Shown here: positions 8,142 through 17,736 of the stretch, in pieces
Layout of the letters: every line of letters starts with the position of its first letter
How positions within the stretch are numbered: position 1 is the stretch's first letter
Assembly (NCBI GenBank): GCA_963784355.1
Contig: CAWAQU010000007.1
Span: 19,640-83,639, forward strand
Direction: 5' to 3'
Length of the DNA stretch: 64,000 nt
Source of the DNA: an uncultured bacterium
GTDB taxonomy: Bacteria > Patescibacteriota > JACMRA01
Translations under genes and position numbers: made by a program
Notes under the pieces: generated by a model
The model's database searches: none
What the model was told of the DNA's origin: nothing
What the model saw: the letters and a program-made list of their open reading frames with translations, nothing else

Positions 8142-9848
8142 ATGGCAGTCACATTAAATACTCAAGGCCTTGGAAGCAGTGCAGATCCTTCTATTATAGT
8201 ATCGTCACAAAACAAACAATTTCGAATACAACGACTAAAAAAAGATTTGGATCGTAAATTTGTTGAAGATGACGTGCAAGCTAGAGCGAAGCTTTTAGGC
8301 TATCCCTATGTTGATTTGTACGGTTTCCCCATAGATACCTTTCACTTGACTATTTTACCTCAGTCTGACGTAGAGAAATATAAAATTGGAATTTTTGCTT
8401 TAAAAAATAAAGAAGTAATGTTGGTTACTTCAAACTTACACTATCCTGGACAAGAAGCTGTTTTAAATAGGCTTACAGAAATGGGTTATACTCATAAAAT
8501 TTATTTGTGTTCTGAGTTTAGCCTGGAAAAACTTATAAGCACGTACAGATTTGTAATTGATGTAAAAAATGTTAAAGACGATATAGAGATTTCCAAAGAA
8601 AAATTTGAAAATAGCGATGTACAGATTACAAATTTACAGTCTCTACAGGATATAATCAACAAGTCCTCCGTATCTGATATTATAGAAGTTGTTTTGATAA
8701 CTGCTCTAAATAATGACGCTTCAGATATCCACTTTGAGCCGGAAAAAGATGAATTTATCCTGAGGTTACGTTTGGACGGCGTATTACACACTTTTGCTCG
8801 TCTACCAAAAGAACTACACAAATCCATAGAAAATAGAATTAAATTAATTGCCGGGTTAAAATTGAATATTGATAATTTACCTCAAGAAGGCAGATTTAGC
8901 TTCAATGCAAAGGGAAAAAATTTGGATGTGCGTGTATCAATGCTTCCATCTAGTTACGGTTATTCCACAGTTATGCGACTTTTGGGTACTGGTGGAGTGG
9001 ACCTCAAGCTTGATAATTTAGGCTTTGGTACTTATGCAATTGATTTAATAAACAATGCTATTGCAAAACCACAAGGGCTTATACTTGTGACCGGTCCTAC
9101 GGGAAGTGGTAAAACTACTAGTTTATATACATTTTTAAACGCTTTAAATGATGGCGAAAATAAAATTATTACATTAGAAGATCCTGTTGAATATAAACTA
9201 TCTGGTATTTCTCAAACACAGGTTGACTCGGAAGCGGGGTATACTTTCAGTTCTGGATTAAAATCAATCTTGAGACAAGATCCTGATGTGGTGATGGTAG
9301 GAGAAATCAGAGAAAAAGATACTGCCGATATTGCAATTCAAGCATCTTTGACTGGTCATAAAGTATTATCCACTTTACACACAAATGATGCCGCAGGAAG
9401 TGTAACTAGGTTATTGGAAATGGAAGTAAAAGGCTATCTGCTGGCTGATGCTTTGGAACTGATAATTGGTCAAAGACTTGTGCGAAAACTCTGTAATTAT
9501 TGTAAAAAAGATGACTATCCTACTGATCAACAAAAAGCCACTATAGTACAGGAATTGCAAAAAATATCACCCAAAAGTGGTTTACAAATTCCTCACAATC
9601 TCAGCTTTCAAACAAGTACTGGATGTGAAAAATGTCATGGAGTAGGATACAAAGGTAGAATCGGATTATACGAAGTCATGAACATAACTGACAATCTTAA
9701 ATTTTTATTATCAAATAAAACTCCCTCAGTTATAGATATACGTTTAACTGCCCAAAATAATGGGATGATCACAATGTTGCAAGATGGAATTTTAAAAGCC
9801 TTGGATGGTATTACGGATTTAAAAGAGATTTTTAAGAATATAATGTAG
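8142..9848 (+). CDS. pilB: type IV pilus / type II secretion assembly ATPase (PilB/GspE family)
   Basis: 568 aa. Walker A GPTGSGKTT, Asp/His boxes (RQDPDVVMVGEIRE, TGHKVLSTLHTND) and a C-terminal CxxC...CxxC cluster. Confidence 0.9.
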   Translation: MAVTLNTQGLGSSADPSIIVSSQNKQFRIQRLKKDLDRKFVEDDVQARAKLLGYPYVDLYGFPIDTFHLTILPQSDVEKYKIGIFALKNKEVMLVTSNLHYPGQEAVLNRLTEMGYTHKIYLCSEFSLEKLISTYRFVIDVKNVKDDIEISKEKFENSDVQITNLQSLQDIINKSSVSDIIEVVLITALNNDASDIHFEPEKDEFILRLRLDGVLHTFARLPKELHKSIENRIKLIAGLKLNIDNLPQEGRFSFNAKGKNLDVRVSMLPSSYGYSTVMRLLGTGGVDLKLDNLGFGTYAIDLINNAIAKPQGLILVTGPTGSGKTTSLYTFLNALNDGENKIITLEDPVEYKLSGISQTQVDSEAGYTFSSGLKSILRQDPDVVMVGEIREKDTADIAIQASLTGHKVLSTLHTNDAAGSVTRLLEMEVKGYLLADALELIIGQRLVRKLCNYCKKDDYPTDQQKATIVQELQKISPKSGLQIPHNLSFQTSTGCEKCHGVGYKGRIGLYEVMNITDNLKFLLSNKTPSVIDIRLTAQNNGMITMLQDGILKALDGITDLKEIFKNIM

Positions 9849-9867
9849 AATTGACATTAACTCATGT

Positions 9868-10602
9868 TTGTCTTTATCTGCAAATATGGATTTAACTATA
9901 GTGCAGCAAAGCATAGGTTATGTTTTTAATGATATTAGATTACTAAAACAATCTTTAGTACACAGATCATATTTAAACGAAAAAGACAAAGACGAAACAG
10001 TCACAGAACAAAATGAAAGACTTGAATTTTTGGGTGATGCGGTGCTGGAGTTGATTGTTACTGAGTACTTATATAAAAATTTTCAGGAAAGTGAAGGGTT
10101 TATGACAGCAGTAAGGGCTGCACTTGTAAATTATAAACTAATCGGGGAAGTAGGGAACACATTAGGTTTAGATCAAGAAATATTGTTAAGTAAAGGTGAG
10201 AAAGAAGAGTTGGGAAGAGCAAGACTTACCATTGTTGCAGATTGTGTTGAGGCTGTGTTAGGTGCAATGTATTTAGATGGAGGAATTGTACCTTGTGTCC
10301 GCTTTATAGAAGATAACATCCTAATTAAATTGGAAGAAATAATATTGAATCAAAGCTATAAAGATTTTAAAACCTTACTTCAGGAATTTACTCAAAAACA
10401 CGTTCATCAAACTCCAAGATATGAAGTTATATCTACAGAAGGAAAAGACCATGAGAAGGTATTTACAATTGGCGTTTGGGTTGGGTCAGAACGCATGGCA
10501 ATAGGGGAAGGTAGATCAAAACAAGATGCTGAAACTTCTGCAGCTACTATTGCTTTAAAAATAATGCAAGCAAAACTTACTCTTGAGCAGGAGCAGGTCT
10601 AA
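9868..10602 (+). CDS. rnc: ribonuclease III
   Basis: The ERLEFLGDAVLE signature plus a C-terminal dsRBD. The more likely start is the ATG at 9885. Confidence 0.9.
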   Translation: MSLSANMDLTIVQQSIGYVFNDIRLLKQSLVHRSYLNEKDKDETVTEQNERLEFLGDAVLELIVTEYLYKNFQESEGFMTAVRAALVNYKLIGEVGNTLGLDQEILLSKGEKEELGRARLTIVADCVEAVLGAMYLDGGIVPCVRFIEDNILIKLEEIILNQSYKDFKTLLQEFTQKHVHQTPRYEVISTEGKDHEKVFTIGVWVGSERMAIGEGRSKQDAETSAATIALKIMQAKLTLEQEQV

Positions 10603-10912
10603 TTTCAATAGTGTAAATTGCTGAATCTGAAGCTTTGTTTCTAGTTTGGTTTACTCTATCTGGTTCTATTGAATAGGCCTTAGCTTGATTTTTTTGTACA
10701 TCAGATTCTCTAATCGTTGAGTCAATAATACTAATGAACCCTCCAAAAGCAAAACCACATATAAGTAGCCCAACTAAAAGTAGTCCAAAGCTGGCAAAAG
10801 ATTTGTCACTATCTAGAAAATTTAAAATTTTTGAGAAGGCATCAGATTTTGTTGTTTTTCTTTTATGTGAAGTATGTTTATTTCCGGTATTTGGATGAAG
10901 CTTTTGTGGCAT
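10577..10912 (-). CDS. hypothetical small membrane protein
   Basis: 111 aa with a basic N-terminus and one TM helix (FASFGLLLVGLLICGFAFGGFISII). Overlaps the rnc 3' end by 26 nt. Confidence 0.4.
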   Translation of the reverse strand: MPQKLHPNTGNKHTSHKRKTTKSDAFSKILNFLDSDKSFASFGLLLVGLLICGFAFGGFISIIDSTIRESDVQKNQAKAYSIEPDRVNQTRNKASDSAIYTIEIRPAPAQE

Positions 10913-11044
10913 AATTTTTGTTTTCTGTTTTTGTTATAATCTAATTATACCTCACTTTTTGAAGTTTGTAAAATATATCTATAGCGGTCAGAGGCTATTT
11001 GAACTAGCATTACCTAAAAGCAGGGAATTCAAGTGTTATTTTTC

Positions 11045-11902
11045 TTACCAACTAATCACAATTTTACCTTTTTTATCATCTCCTTCTATCTTTATTTTGG
11101 CTTTTGGAAAGGATTTAGCTATATCATCAACCCTTTTTACAATTTCTTGGTTTAAATTATGCAAATTCTTTATATCTCGGTCTTTAAAAACTCTTTTGGG
11201 CTTATCAAGTAGTGCTATAATCTCCTTTACAGTTAAGTCTTTTTTAATAATCTCTTCTAGAATTTCAGCTTGTTTTTCTTCTGATAAACCAACTAAATGT
11301 CTTGCTTGACCTTCTCCAATTGCTTTACTAGACAATGCCTGCTGAACGGGTTTACTGAGGGTAAGTAGTCTCAAATAATTCTTGATATACTGTATTGAAT
11401 TGCCGAGTGTTTTTGCTAATTGCTCTTCATCAATATTTTGAGTTTGCATTAGCATTTTGTATGTATTTGCTAGTTCAATTGCACTCAAGTCCTCTCTTTG
11501 TAAGTTTTCTAAAGCACTCAACATTGCTTGCTGCTGCTGGGTCAGGCTATTTGCTGGTCTTACAATTGCCATGATTTCCTTCCAGCCTAACAGCTTACAC
11601 GCTCTCAGTCGTCTCTCACCGGCTACTAAAATATATTCTTTTTCATCTTTTTTGGCTGATTCTTTTACGACCACTAGAATTGGATGAATTAAACCGCTCT
11701 CCTTAATATTTTCGGCTAAATTCTGGATTTTTTCAAAATCAAAGCTGGTTCTTGTTTGAAATGGGCTCATTTGTACCTCTGAAATTGGTATGTAGGTAGC
11801 TAAAGATTGAGATAACCCGATATTTTCAGACTGATTCAATTCCAAAGCTTCCTCACCAAAATAATCTCCAAGTATATTTCCTAATGATTTTCCTAAAGGC
11901 AT
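11045..11902 (-). CDS. parB: chromosome partitioning protein ParB/Spo0J
   Basis: 285 aa. ParB box LVAGERRLRACKLLG plus an HTH region. A TATAAT (minus strand, 11911-11916) lies 8 nt upstream of the ATG. Confidence 0.9.
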   Translation of the reverse strand: MPLGKSLGNILGDYFGEEALELNQSENIGLSQSLATYIPISEVQMSPFQTRTSFDFEKIQNLAENIKESGLIHPILVVVKESAKKDEKEYILVAGERRLRACKLLGWKEIMAIVRPANSLTQQQQAMLSALENLQREDLSAIELANTYKMLMQTQNIDEEQLAKTLGNSIQYIKNYLRLLTLSKPVQQALSSKAIGEGQARHLVGLSEEKQAEILEEIIKKDLTVKEIIALLDKPKRVFKDRDIKNLHNLNQEIVKRVDDIAKSFPKAKIKIEGDDKKGKIVISW

Positions 11903-12044
11903 GTGTAAGTATTATAATCTAAATTGATTTTCAAACTGAAAATTGTCAATTTGTTATAAAATAATCCATGCTACTTTAGAGTCAAAATTTTCTCTATTTA
12001 AAAAATGAGCTATTTTTATTATAAATTAATGTCGCTTATATTCA

Positions 12045-12305
12045 CTACATATAAGTAATTTTAGCGGTAGAGTCTATATATTTTGATCGTTCTTCAAGTC
12101 TATCCATTTCCTCTTTTGAAATAATATATGCCTGAATACTGGTTTCAACTGGATCAACTACTATATCTTTCGGGTCTTCGGGGTTTATCAATAAGTAAGT
12201 AATTGAAACCAAAATAAGTAATTTTTTAAGAATCTCTGAGTATTTTATAATGTCTTTTTGGACTATAGCTTCACTTCTATTAATCCCATTTTCTGTTGCT
12301 GACAT
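12045..12305 (-). CDS. hypothetical protein
   Basis: 86-aa ORF only. No motif recognised. Confidence 0.3.
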   Translation of the reverse strand: MSATENGINRSEAIVQKDIIKYSEILKKLLILVSITYLLINPEDPKDIVVDPVETSIQAYIISKEEMDRLEERSKYIDSTAKITYM

Positions 12306-12500
12306 AGGGCTAAATGCTTAGTTTATCGCATCCTGATTACCACTAAGCAAAATTTGTAGTAAAAAAGTGCTAGCCCAGACAATAGCATTAGTATTAACAA
12401 ATGTCAAGAATAAATTTTCGAGATATTGACCTGAGTTTATGCTATTTAATGATTAAAGAATAAAACTAAATTTTCTTCGTAATTTGGATTAAAAATTGGC

Positions 12501-12528
12501 ATAAAAATAAGGAGGTATTGAACCTCCT
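12501..12528 (-). terminator. intrinsic terminator downstream of the tRNA-His/tRNA-Ala pair
   Basis: Stem AGGAGG/CCTCCT (12510-12515 / 12523-12528) with a 7-nt loop. A U-rich run follows on the minus strand. Confidence 0.6.
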
Positions 12529-12572
12529 AAAATATGTTTTTATATTGAATTGTTTATTTTTAATTTTTTTGT

Positions 12573-12646
12573 TGGTGGACCTTGAGAGAATTGAACTCTC
12601 CACTCCTCCGTGCAAAGGAGATATTATACCGCTTAACTAAAGGCCC
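12573..12646 (-). tRNA. tRNA-Ala (anticodon UGC), CCA encoded
   Basis: 74-nt cloverleaf folded by hand. Acceptor GGGCCUU/AAGGUCC with the G3:U70 Ala identity pair, anticodon loop UUUGCAC, T-loop UUCAAUU. Confidence 0.9.
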
Positions 12647-12661
12647 AATATAAAATTTTGA

Positions 12662-12738
12662 TGGGTTGACCGACGGGACTTGAACCCGCGACATCTAGTT
12701 CCACAAACTAGAACTCTACCAACTGAGCTACGATCAAC
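12662..12738 (-). tRNA. tRNA-His (anticodon GUG) with genome-encoded G-1, CCA encoded
   Basis: 77 nt. An extra 5' G opposite C73, anticodon loop UUGUGGA, canonical U8/A9 and a GCUC/GAGU D-stem. Confidence 0.9.
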
Positions 12739-12919
12739 ATTTAATTAACTTTAAAACTGTTAATTTATGCGAATCCCATAATTTATAAGTAAAACTAAAT
12801 TTCCAAATAAATGTTGGTATACGAGAATATTATTAAGCTGATTTTTAGCTTTTGTCAATATTATTTTTTAGAAAAACCTGTTTACAATTTTTTACAATTA
12901 GTTTCAACTTAAATAAAAT

Positions 12920-15127
12920 ATGGCTAAAGTTACAAAGGTTTTGCCTAAAATTACCCCTCAGCTCGATGTTAGTACAAAAATAAGCATATCAATTGTTGCC
13001 TGTTTTGCGGCAAGTTTGCTTGCTTATTTATCTATTTTAAACTTGGCAGGTACACTTGGAGCTTTAATTGCATCTATTATGTATTTGATTGTGGGTAGGG
13101 CTGCAATAATATTGCCACTAGGATTTATAATTACCGGAATTATTTTAGTTAGGATACAAAAAAACCTAACATTAATCGGCGATGTAAATGCCCGTATGGC
13201 CTGGGGCTTTTTCCTAATATTTTCGGCTATCACGGGATTTTTAAGCATCTTTTTTGGTGTGAAAAGTCCTGGTACCATGGATAAGGGCGGAGGACTGCTA
13301 GGATATGTTCTTTATCCTTGGATACTTGGCTCTCTAGGGCCGTTAGGGGCAGGATTGATACTTTTTTGTATGGCCTTTATAGGCTTTTTCCTAGTTTCTC
13401 AATTGACTTTTGTACAGTTTATGGAAAAGCTGCAGCTTTCAGTAAAAAACCCTGATAAAATATGGGATTTGGTTCCGGATATATTTGAATTATGGAATGG
13501 AAAATCTGCATTAAATAATCCTAAAAGTGAAGAATACGTAAAGCATTTAAAAAGTCTTAATGATGCATCAAGGCTGAAAGATGCAAAAAGAAGTAGGGAT
13601 GGTGATTTGTCAACACAAAATTCAGATATTGCAGATTTAAACGATGCTGCTAGGAAAGCCGTACAGTCAAATAAAAAAAGAGAAAAAATGGGTAACTGGA
13701 ATTTACCTCCTTTCGAGATATTAAATACAGGAAAGACAAAAGTAGAGGCCGGGAATATTGAAGGAAATAAGGCTATTATTAAAGATACACTGTCTCACTT
13801 TGGCATTAGTGTCGAAATGGCAGATACTGTTACGGGTCCTACAGTCACGCAGTATACTTTTAAACCTGCTAATGGAGTAAAATTATCATCAATAGATTCC
13901 TTACAACGTGACTTGGCTTTAGCTTTAGCAGTAAATAATCTAAGACTTGAAGCTCCTGTAGCAGGTCAGAGCTTGGTTGGAGTTGAGATTCCGAATAAAG
14001 TAAAATCCCAAGTTAGATTAAGAGATATTTTACAGACGCAAGGTTTTGTAAATTTTGATGGAGAATTGCCTGTAGCCATTGGTAAAGATGTAGCAGGCCA
14101 TAACCTAGTACAATCACTTGCTAAAATGCCTCATTTATTAGTTGCAGGAGCTACCGGTGCCGGTAAATCCGTTTGGATAAATGCGATGCTTCTAAGTCTG
14201 TTATATCGGTATTCGCCACAAGATTTACAATTAATCTTGGTGGATATGAAAAGGGTTGAGTTGAAATTGTATGAAGGAGTGCCTCATTTACTTTCCAATG
14301 TGATTACAGATGCTGAAAAAGCTATTAATGCTTTAAAGTGGACGGTACTTGAAATGGATAGGCGTTACAAATTGTTAGAAATTTACGGTAAAAGAAATAT
14401 TAAAGATTATAATACTTTTGCTCAAGCAAGTACTGATGAAACTGTAGAATTACTTCCTTATATGGTATTTGTAATAGATGAGCTCGGAGATTTAATGATG
14501 CTCGCAAAGGCGGAAGTGGAGCCTATAATTGTACGTTTAACACAGATGTCTAGAGCAGTAGGCATACATATAGTTTTAGGTACTCAAAGACCTGACATAC
14601 ATGTGGTTACCGGTTTAATTAAAGCCAACATACCTTCGCGTATAGCTTTTGCAGTTGCTTCTCAGATTGATAGTAGAGTAATTCTCGATGTGGGTGGAGC
14701 TGAAAAATTGTTGGGGCAGGGAGATGGTTTGCTCATGTCGCCAAGTTCTATGCAGCCGGTACGTTTTCAAGGCCCTATTGTTGAAGAATCAGAAGTTCGT
14801 AAATGTGTACAATTTTTGAAAGATCAAGCCGAATCTAATCAGTTACACAGCAATCTTAATGATTTAGTAACGGAAGTACCAAAGGTTAAAATTAACGTTC
14901 CAGGGATGTCTAGCAGCTCAAATAGTGATGATGCGGCTGAAGATACCTTTGAAGAGGCGAAACGGCTTGTAATTCAATATCAGAAGGCTTCAACGAGCTT
15001 TTTACAACAGATGATGGGTGTAGGTTATCCAAAAGCTGCAAAAATTATCCAGCAATTGGAAGATTCCGGAATTGTTGGCCCTGCTAATGGAAGTAAATCT
15101 AGAGATGTGTATGCTTCTGCAGAGTAG
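12920..15127 (+). CDS. ftsK: DNA translocase FtsK/SpoIIIE
   Basis: 735 aa. N-terminal TM helices, Walker A GATGAGKS, FVIDELGDLMM, and a C-terminal gamma-like winged helix. Confidence 0.95.
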   Translation: MAKVTKVLPKITPQLDVSTKISISIVACFAASLLAYLSILNLAGTLGALIASIMYLIVGRAAIILPLGFIITGIILVRIQKNLTLIGDVNARMAWGFFLIFSAITGFLSIFFGVKSPGTMDKGGGLLGYVLYPWILGSLGPLGAGLILFCMAFIGFFLVSQLTFVQFMEKLQLSVKNPDKIWDLVPDIFELWNGKSALNNPKSEEYVKHLKSLNDASRLKDAKRSRDGDLSTQNSDIADLNDAARKAVQSNKKREKMGNWNLPPFEILNTGKTKVEAGNIEGNKAIIKDTLSHFGISVEMADTVTGPTVTQYTFKPANGVKLSSIDSLQRDLALALAVNNLRLEAPVAGQSLVGVEIPNKVKSQVRLRDILQTQGFVNFDGELPVAIGKDVAGHNLVQSLAKMPHLLVAGATGAGKSVWINAMLLSLLYRYSPQDLQLILVDMKRVELKLYEGVPHLLSNVITDAEKAINALKWTVLEMDRRYKLLEIYGKRNIKDYNTFAQASTDETVELLPYMVFVIDELGDLMMLAKAEVEPIIVRLTQMSRAVGIHIVLGTQRPDIHVVTGLIKANIPSRIAFAVASQIDSRVILDVGGAEKLLGQGDGLLMSPSSMQPVRFQGPIVEESEVRKCVQFLKDQAESNQLHSNLNDLVTEVPKVKINVPGMSSSSNSDDAAEDTFEEAKRLVIQYQKASTSFLQQMMGVGYPKAAKIIQQLEDSGIVGPANGSKSRDVYASAE

Positions 15128-15244
15128 TCGCTTAATGCTGTAAATATCAGATTATAATATAAAATTAGGCATTTTTAAAACATTTCTAGAATTCTTTTAA
15201 ATGCAGTAATTAAGCCAATAAATGGCAGTCAACCAAAAAAATAT

Positions 15245-15273
15245 TTGACACAAACTCATTTTTTTCTTATAAA
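15245..15273 (+). promoter_or_regulatory. promoter TTGACA-17-TATAAA for hup
   Basis: TTGACA at 15245-15250 and TATAAA at 15268-15273. The ATG is 12 nt downstream. Confidence 0.6.
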
Positions 15274-15285
15274 ATCAATACTTAT

Positions 15286-15567
15286 ATGGCTAAAATCACT
15301 AAATCGGACTTTATTCAAAAGTTTGCACAAGCAAATGGTTTAACCAACGCACAAGCTGAAAGGTTGGTAAATTCTTTTTTTGATGTTATCAAGAATGAAT
15401 TAAAAGTTGGTAACGAAATTCAGTTTACCGGTATGCTAAGCATGTCAGTAGGTGACAGAAAAGCTAGAGAAGGAAAAAATCCTCAAACTGGTCAACCAAT
15501 CAAAATCCCAGCTTCTAAAGTTGTGAAAATCAGAGTTGGTAAAAATTTGAAAGATATTGTTAAGTAG
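15286..15567 (+). CDS. hup: DNA-binding protein HU
   Basis: 93 aa. HU/IHF fold signature including RKAREGKNPQTGQPIKIPA. Confidence 0.95.
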   Translation: MAKITKSDFIQKFAQANGLTNAQAERLVNSFFDVIKNELKVGNEIQFTGMLSMSVGDRKAREGKNPQTGQPIKIPASKVVKIRVGKNLKDIVK

Positions 15568-15593
15568 TTCTATTTAACTTTTTTACATTTTAG

Positions 15594-15615
15594 TCCGGGG
15601 CAACCCGGATTTTTT
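15594..15615 (+). terminator. intrinsic terminator after hup
   Basis: Stem TCCGGG/CCCGGA with a GCAA loop, followed by TTTTTT. Confidence 0.8.
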
Positions 15616-15712
15616 GCTATCTTGGATTTTAGAATCGGATCCATACCTTACTACCTTTTTATTTTATACTAGTCGTGATTTTAAAATTTAAATACTTGTA
15701 TAAAAAGCTTAA

Positions 15713-15738
15713 CATAAAAATAACCCCCAGATGGGGGT
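15713..15738 (-). terminator. intrinsic terminator after the PRC-barrel gene
   Basis: Stem ACCCCC/GGGGGT (15723-15738) with an AGAT loop. A U-run follows on the minus strand. Confidence 0.7.
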
Positions 15739-15777
15739 GTAGATAAGATTAGTTATCTAATTGTAACCTAAATTAGC

Positions 15778-16734
15778 TTAAGCTATGGCTGTTGGGTCAG
15801 CAGAGACATTACTAAGTAAATTATCAATCATATCTTCTTTTTCAGCTTCGTTGATTAATTCATGTGTGATCATAGTACCTGCGGGTGCAAGTAAGCTATC
15901 ATTTTTTCTAATTAAGTTTACTGTAACGTATTTACCCAAAGCACCTTGAACTCTTTGGTCTTTCACTTTTGAACCAATTTTTTGAGTAAAACTTTGAATT
16001 GTAACTTTAGTTTTTTGAACTGCATCAGCCGCGGTATCTTTAACATTATTTGCAGTGCCTTTTATATCATGTGATTCTGCACTGGTTTTCAACTTATCGG
16101 TGCCAGTTTCCAATTTAGCACTTAAGTTATGTCCAGTCTCCTGCGCTTTTTCTTTCAATATCCCTAGGGAATCTTTGGTTTTTTCCATAGTTGTATTAAA
16201 AGTACCTTTAAGACCTTGGGACTCGGCCTGAGATGACATGTCAGCTTCAATATAGTTTTTTACAATTAAAGCATATTCACCGACAGTGATTATATCTGAA
16301 GTATTAACCAATTTTTTTCCACCTGTGGTATCTTTTAAAATACCCTGAGTTACTTCAAGTTGTAATACTTTTCCTGTATGCTCATCAAAATAAATGTCAC
16401 TTATTTTACCAAGTTCAGTTCCTTCTTCAGTAATTACTCTGGATTGACTTAAGTAATTTTTATCTTGAGCTATGTTTGTAACTCTTTGAGGGGCCTCTGA
16501 AGCTTTTTTGATAAGATCACTGCTTTCAATTGTCACTGCATCTACACCAATAGCTTTGACATCTTGTATAAGAATTACTTTTGCTTCTGAAAACCAACCA
16601 CCCTCATCAATAAGTAAAGCTGTTACTTGGTTTGCTGAAGGGTCGAAAATTATATCTGTAACTGTATTTACTTTTTCACCTGTATCCAGAGTAATTACTT
16701 TTAAACCAATTACATCTGATCCTTTAATAGTCAT
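15778..16734 (-). CDS. PRC-barrel domain protein with a central stress-protein-like low-complexity segment
   Basis: 318 aa. Two PRC-barrel-like segments (GSDVIGLKVITLDTGEKVNTVTDIIFD..., LSQSRVITEEGTELGKISDIYFDEHTGKV) flank a Lys/Thr/Ala-rich CsbD/YtxH-like region. Confidence 0.6.
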   Translation of the reverse strand: MTIKGSDVIGLKVITLDTGEKVNTVTDIIFDPSANQVTALLIDEGGWFSEAKVILIQDVKAIGVDAVTIESSDLIKKASEAPQRVTNIAQDKNYLSQSRVITEEGTELGKISDIYFDEHTGKVLQLEVTQGILKDTTGGKKLVNTSDIITVGEYALIVKNYIEADMSSQAESQGLKGTFNTTMEKTKDSLGILKEKAQETGHNLSAKLETGTDKLKTSAESHDIKGTANNVKDTAADAVQKTKVTIQSFTQKIGSKVKDQRVQGALGKYVTVNLIRKNDSLLAPAGTMITHELINEAEKEDMIDNLLSNVSADPTAIA

Positions 16735-16774
16735 ATTGTTATATATTTTATTTTGTTAATTTTTTTTATTGAAT

Positions 16775-17278
16775 TTATGAAACACGTTCTGTTGTAGTTT
16801 TAATAAAACCTTTTTTGCTTTTTTTCCAAGAATAATATCCAAGTCCTAATAATATTAATGCTAAAATAACTCCGGGAATTAAGAATTTAGCCGAGTCAAA
16901 AACTTCAGACCCTGTACTTTCAATAGATAGAACTTCATCTTCAGAAGATTTTGTAATAGTTACTTGATCATTTGGTTTTATGTCTTTTACAGAAGATTTA
17001 ACTGTATTTCTCGTAATACTTATGTTGTCTCCAACAGTATATTCTTTTGTGCCATTTGCATCTACGGTAAGCTTATTGTTATCTACTTTTAAGACTTTTC
17101 CAGTAATTTTGGTAGTTTCTTGATCTTTTACATCCGACTTTTGAGTTGTCATACTTTCTGTGCTGTAATTATTTGTAGATTGAGCAGCTACGGATACCAT
17201 TTGGTTGCCGACTGAAACAAATCCAAAAGTAAGAATTAAAGATGCTATTAACAAATTAAATGATTTATTATGTGTCAT
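16775..17278 (-). CDS. hypothetical exported protein with C-terminal membrane anchor
   Basis: 167 aa. N-terminal signal sequence, C-terminal TM (PGVILALILLGLGYY) followed by a basic tail. Confidence 0.5.
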   Translation of the reverse strand: MTHNKSFNLLIASLILTFGFVSVGNQMVSVAAQSTNNYSTESMTTQKSDVKDQETTKITGKVLKVDNNKLTVDANGTKEYTVGDNISITRNTVKSSVKDIKPNDQVTITKSSEDEVLSIESTGSEVFDSAKFLIPGVILALILLGLGYYSWKKSKKGFIKTTTERVS

Positions 17279-17711
17279 ATTTTATTTTAATTTTATAGTT
17301 TGTGTTTATAAAGGTGCTTTAATCAAAAAAGATTTAACAAAATTTTGTCAACATTATTTTAGTTATGGATGTATATAAAATGTAGTAATTAGGCTAAAAT
17401 TTAATTAAAAAAGTAATTTTTTTTACAATAAAATGTTCTGCGCTAAGTGCTATAAAATAAAATCTAAAACAGATTGTATTGTAATTAGCTCAGGCCTTTT
17501 CTCCAGGCAATATCGTTACTCCTAAAGAAGTCGAAAGATTTTTCTTGACAAAAGTATTAACATGTGTTTTTTTAGATTAAATTTAGCAAATTTATGCATC
17601 GTTGTCCGACACTACTCATTACAAAAAATTCCGCCATTATTGTGTGGAGCTTTGGGAGTGTTTTGGTAAATATGAAAAATTAAGTTAAATAAGATTTTAT
17701 TATAAACCAGA

Positions 17712-17736
17712 CCTCCCAATTCAAGGGAGGTTTTTT
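17712..17736 (+). terminator. intrinsic terminator 14 nt upstream of the 17751 start codon (leader/attenuator candidate)
   Basis: Stem CCTCCC/GGGAGG (17712-17717 / 17725-17730) with a 7-nt loop, then TTTTTT. Confidence 0.7.

Noticed and set aside
10959-11309. 116-aa plus-strand ORF overlapping parB (also 11457-11687)
   Set aside because: Antisense to a well-supported ParB gene. No motifs.
17433-17683. Two short plus-strand ORFs in the leader upstream of 17751: a 30-aa ORF from 17433 with CxxC, and a 29-aa ORF at 17594-17683. Also checked for ToxI-like tandem repeats.
   Set aside because: No family resemblance and no supporting signals. No tandem repeat periodicity was found, so a type III antitoxin array is not supported.
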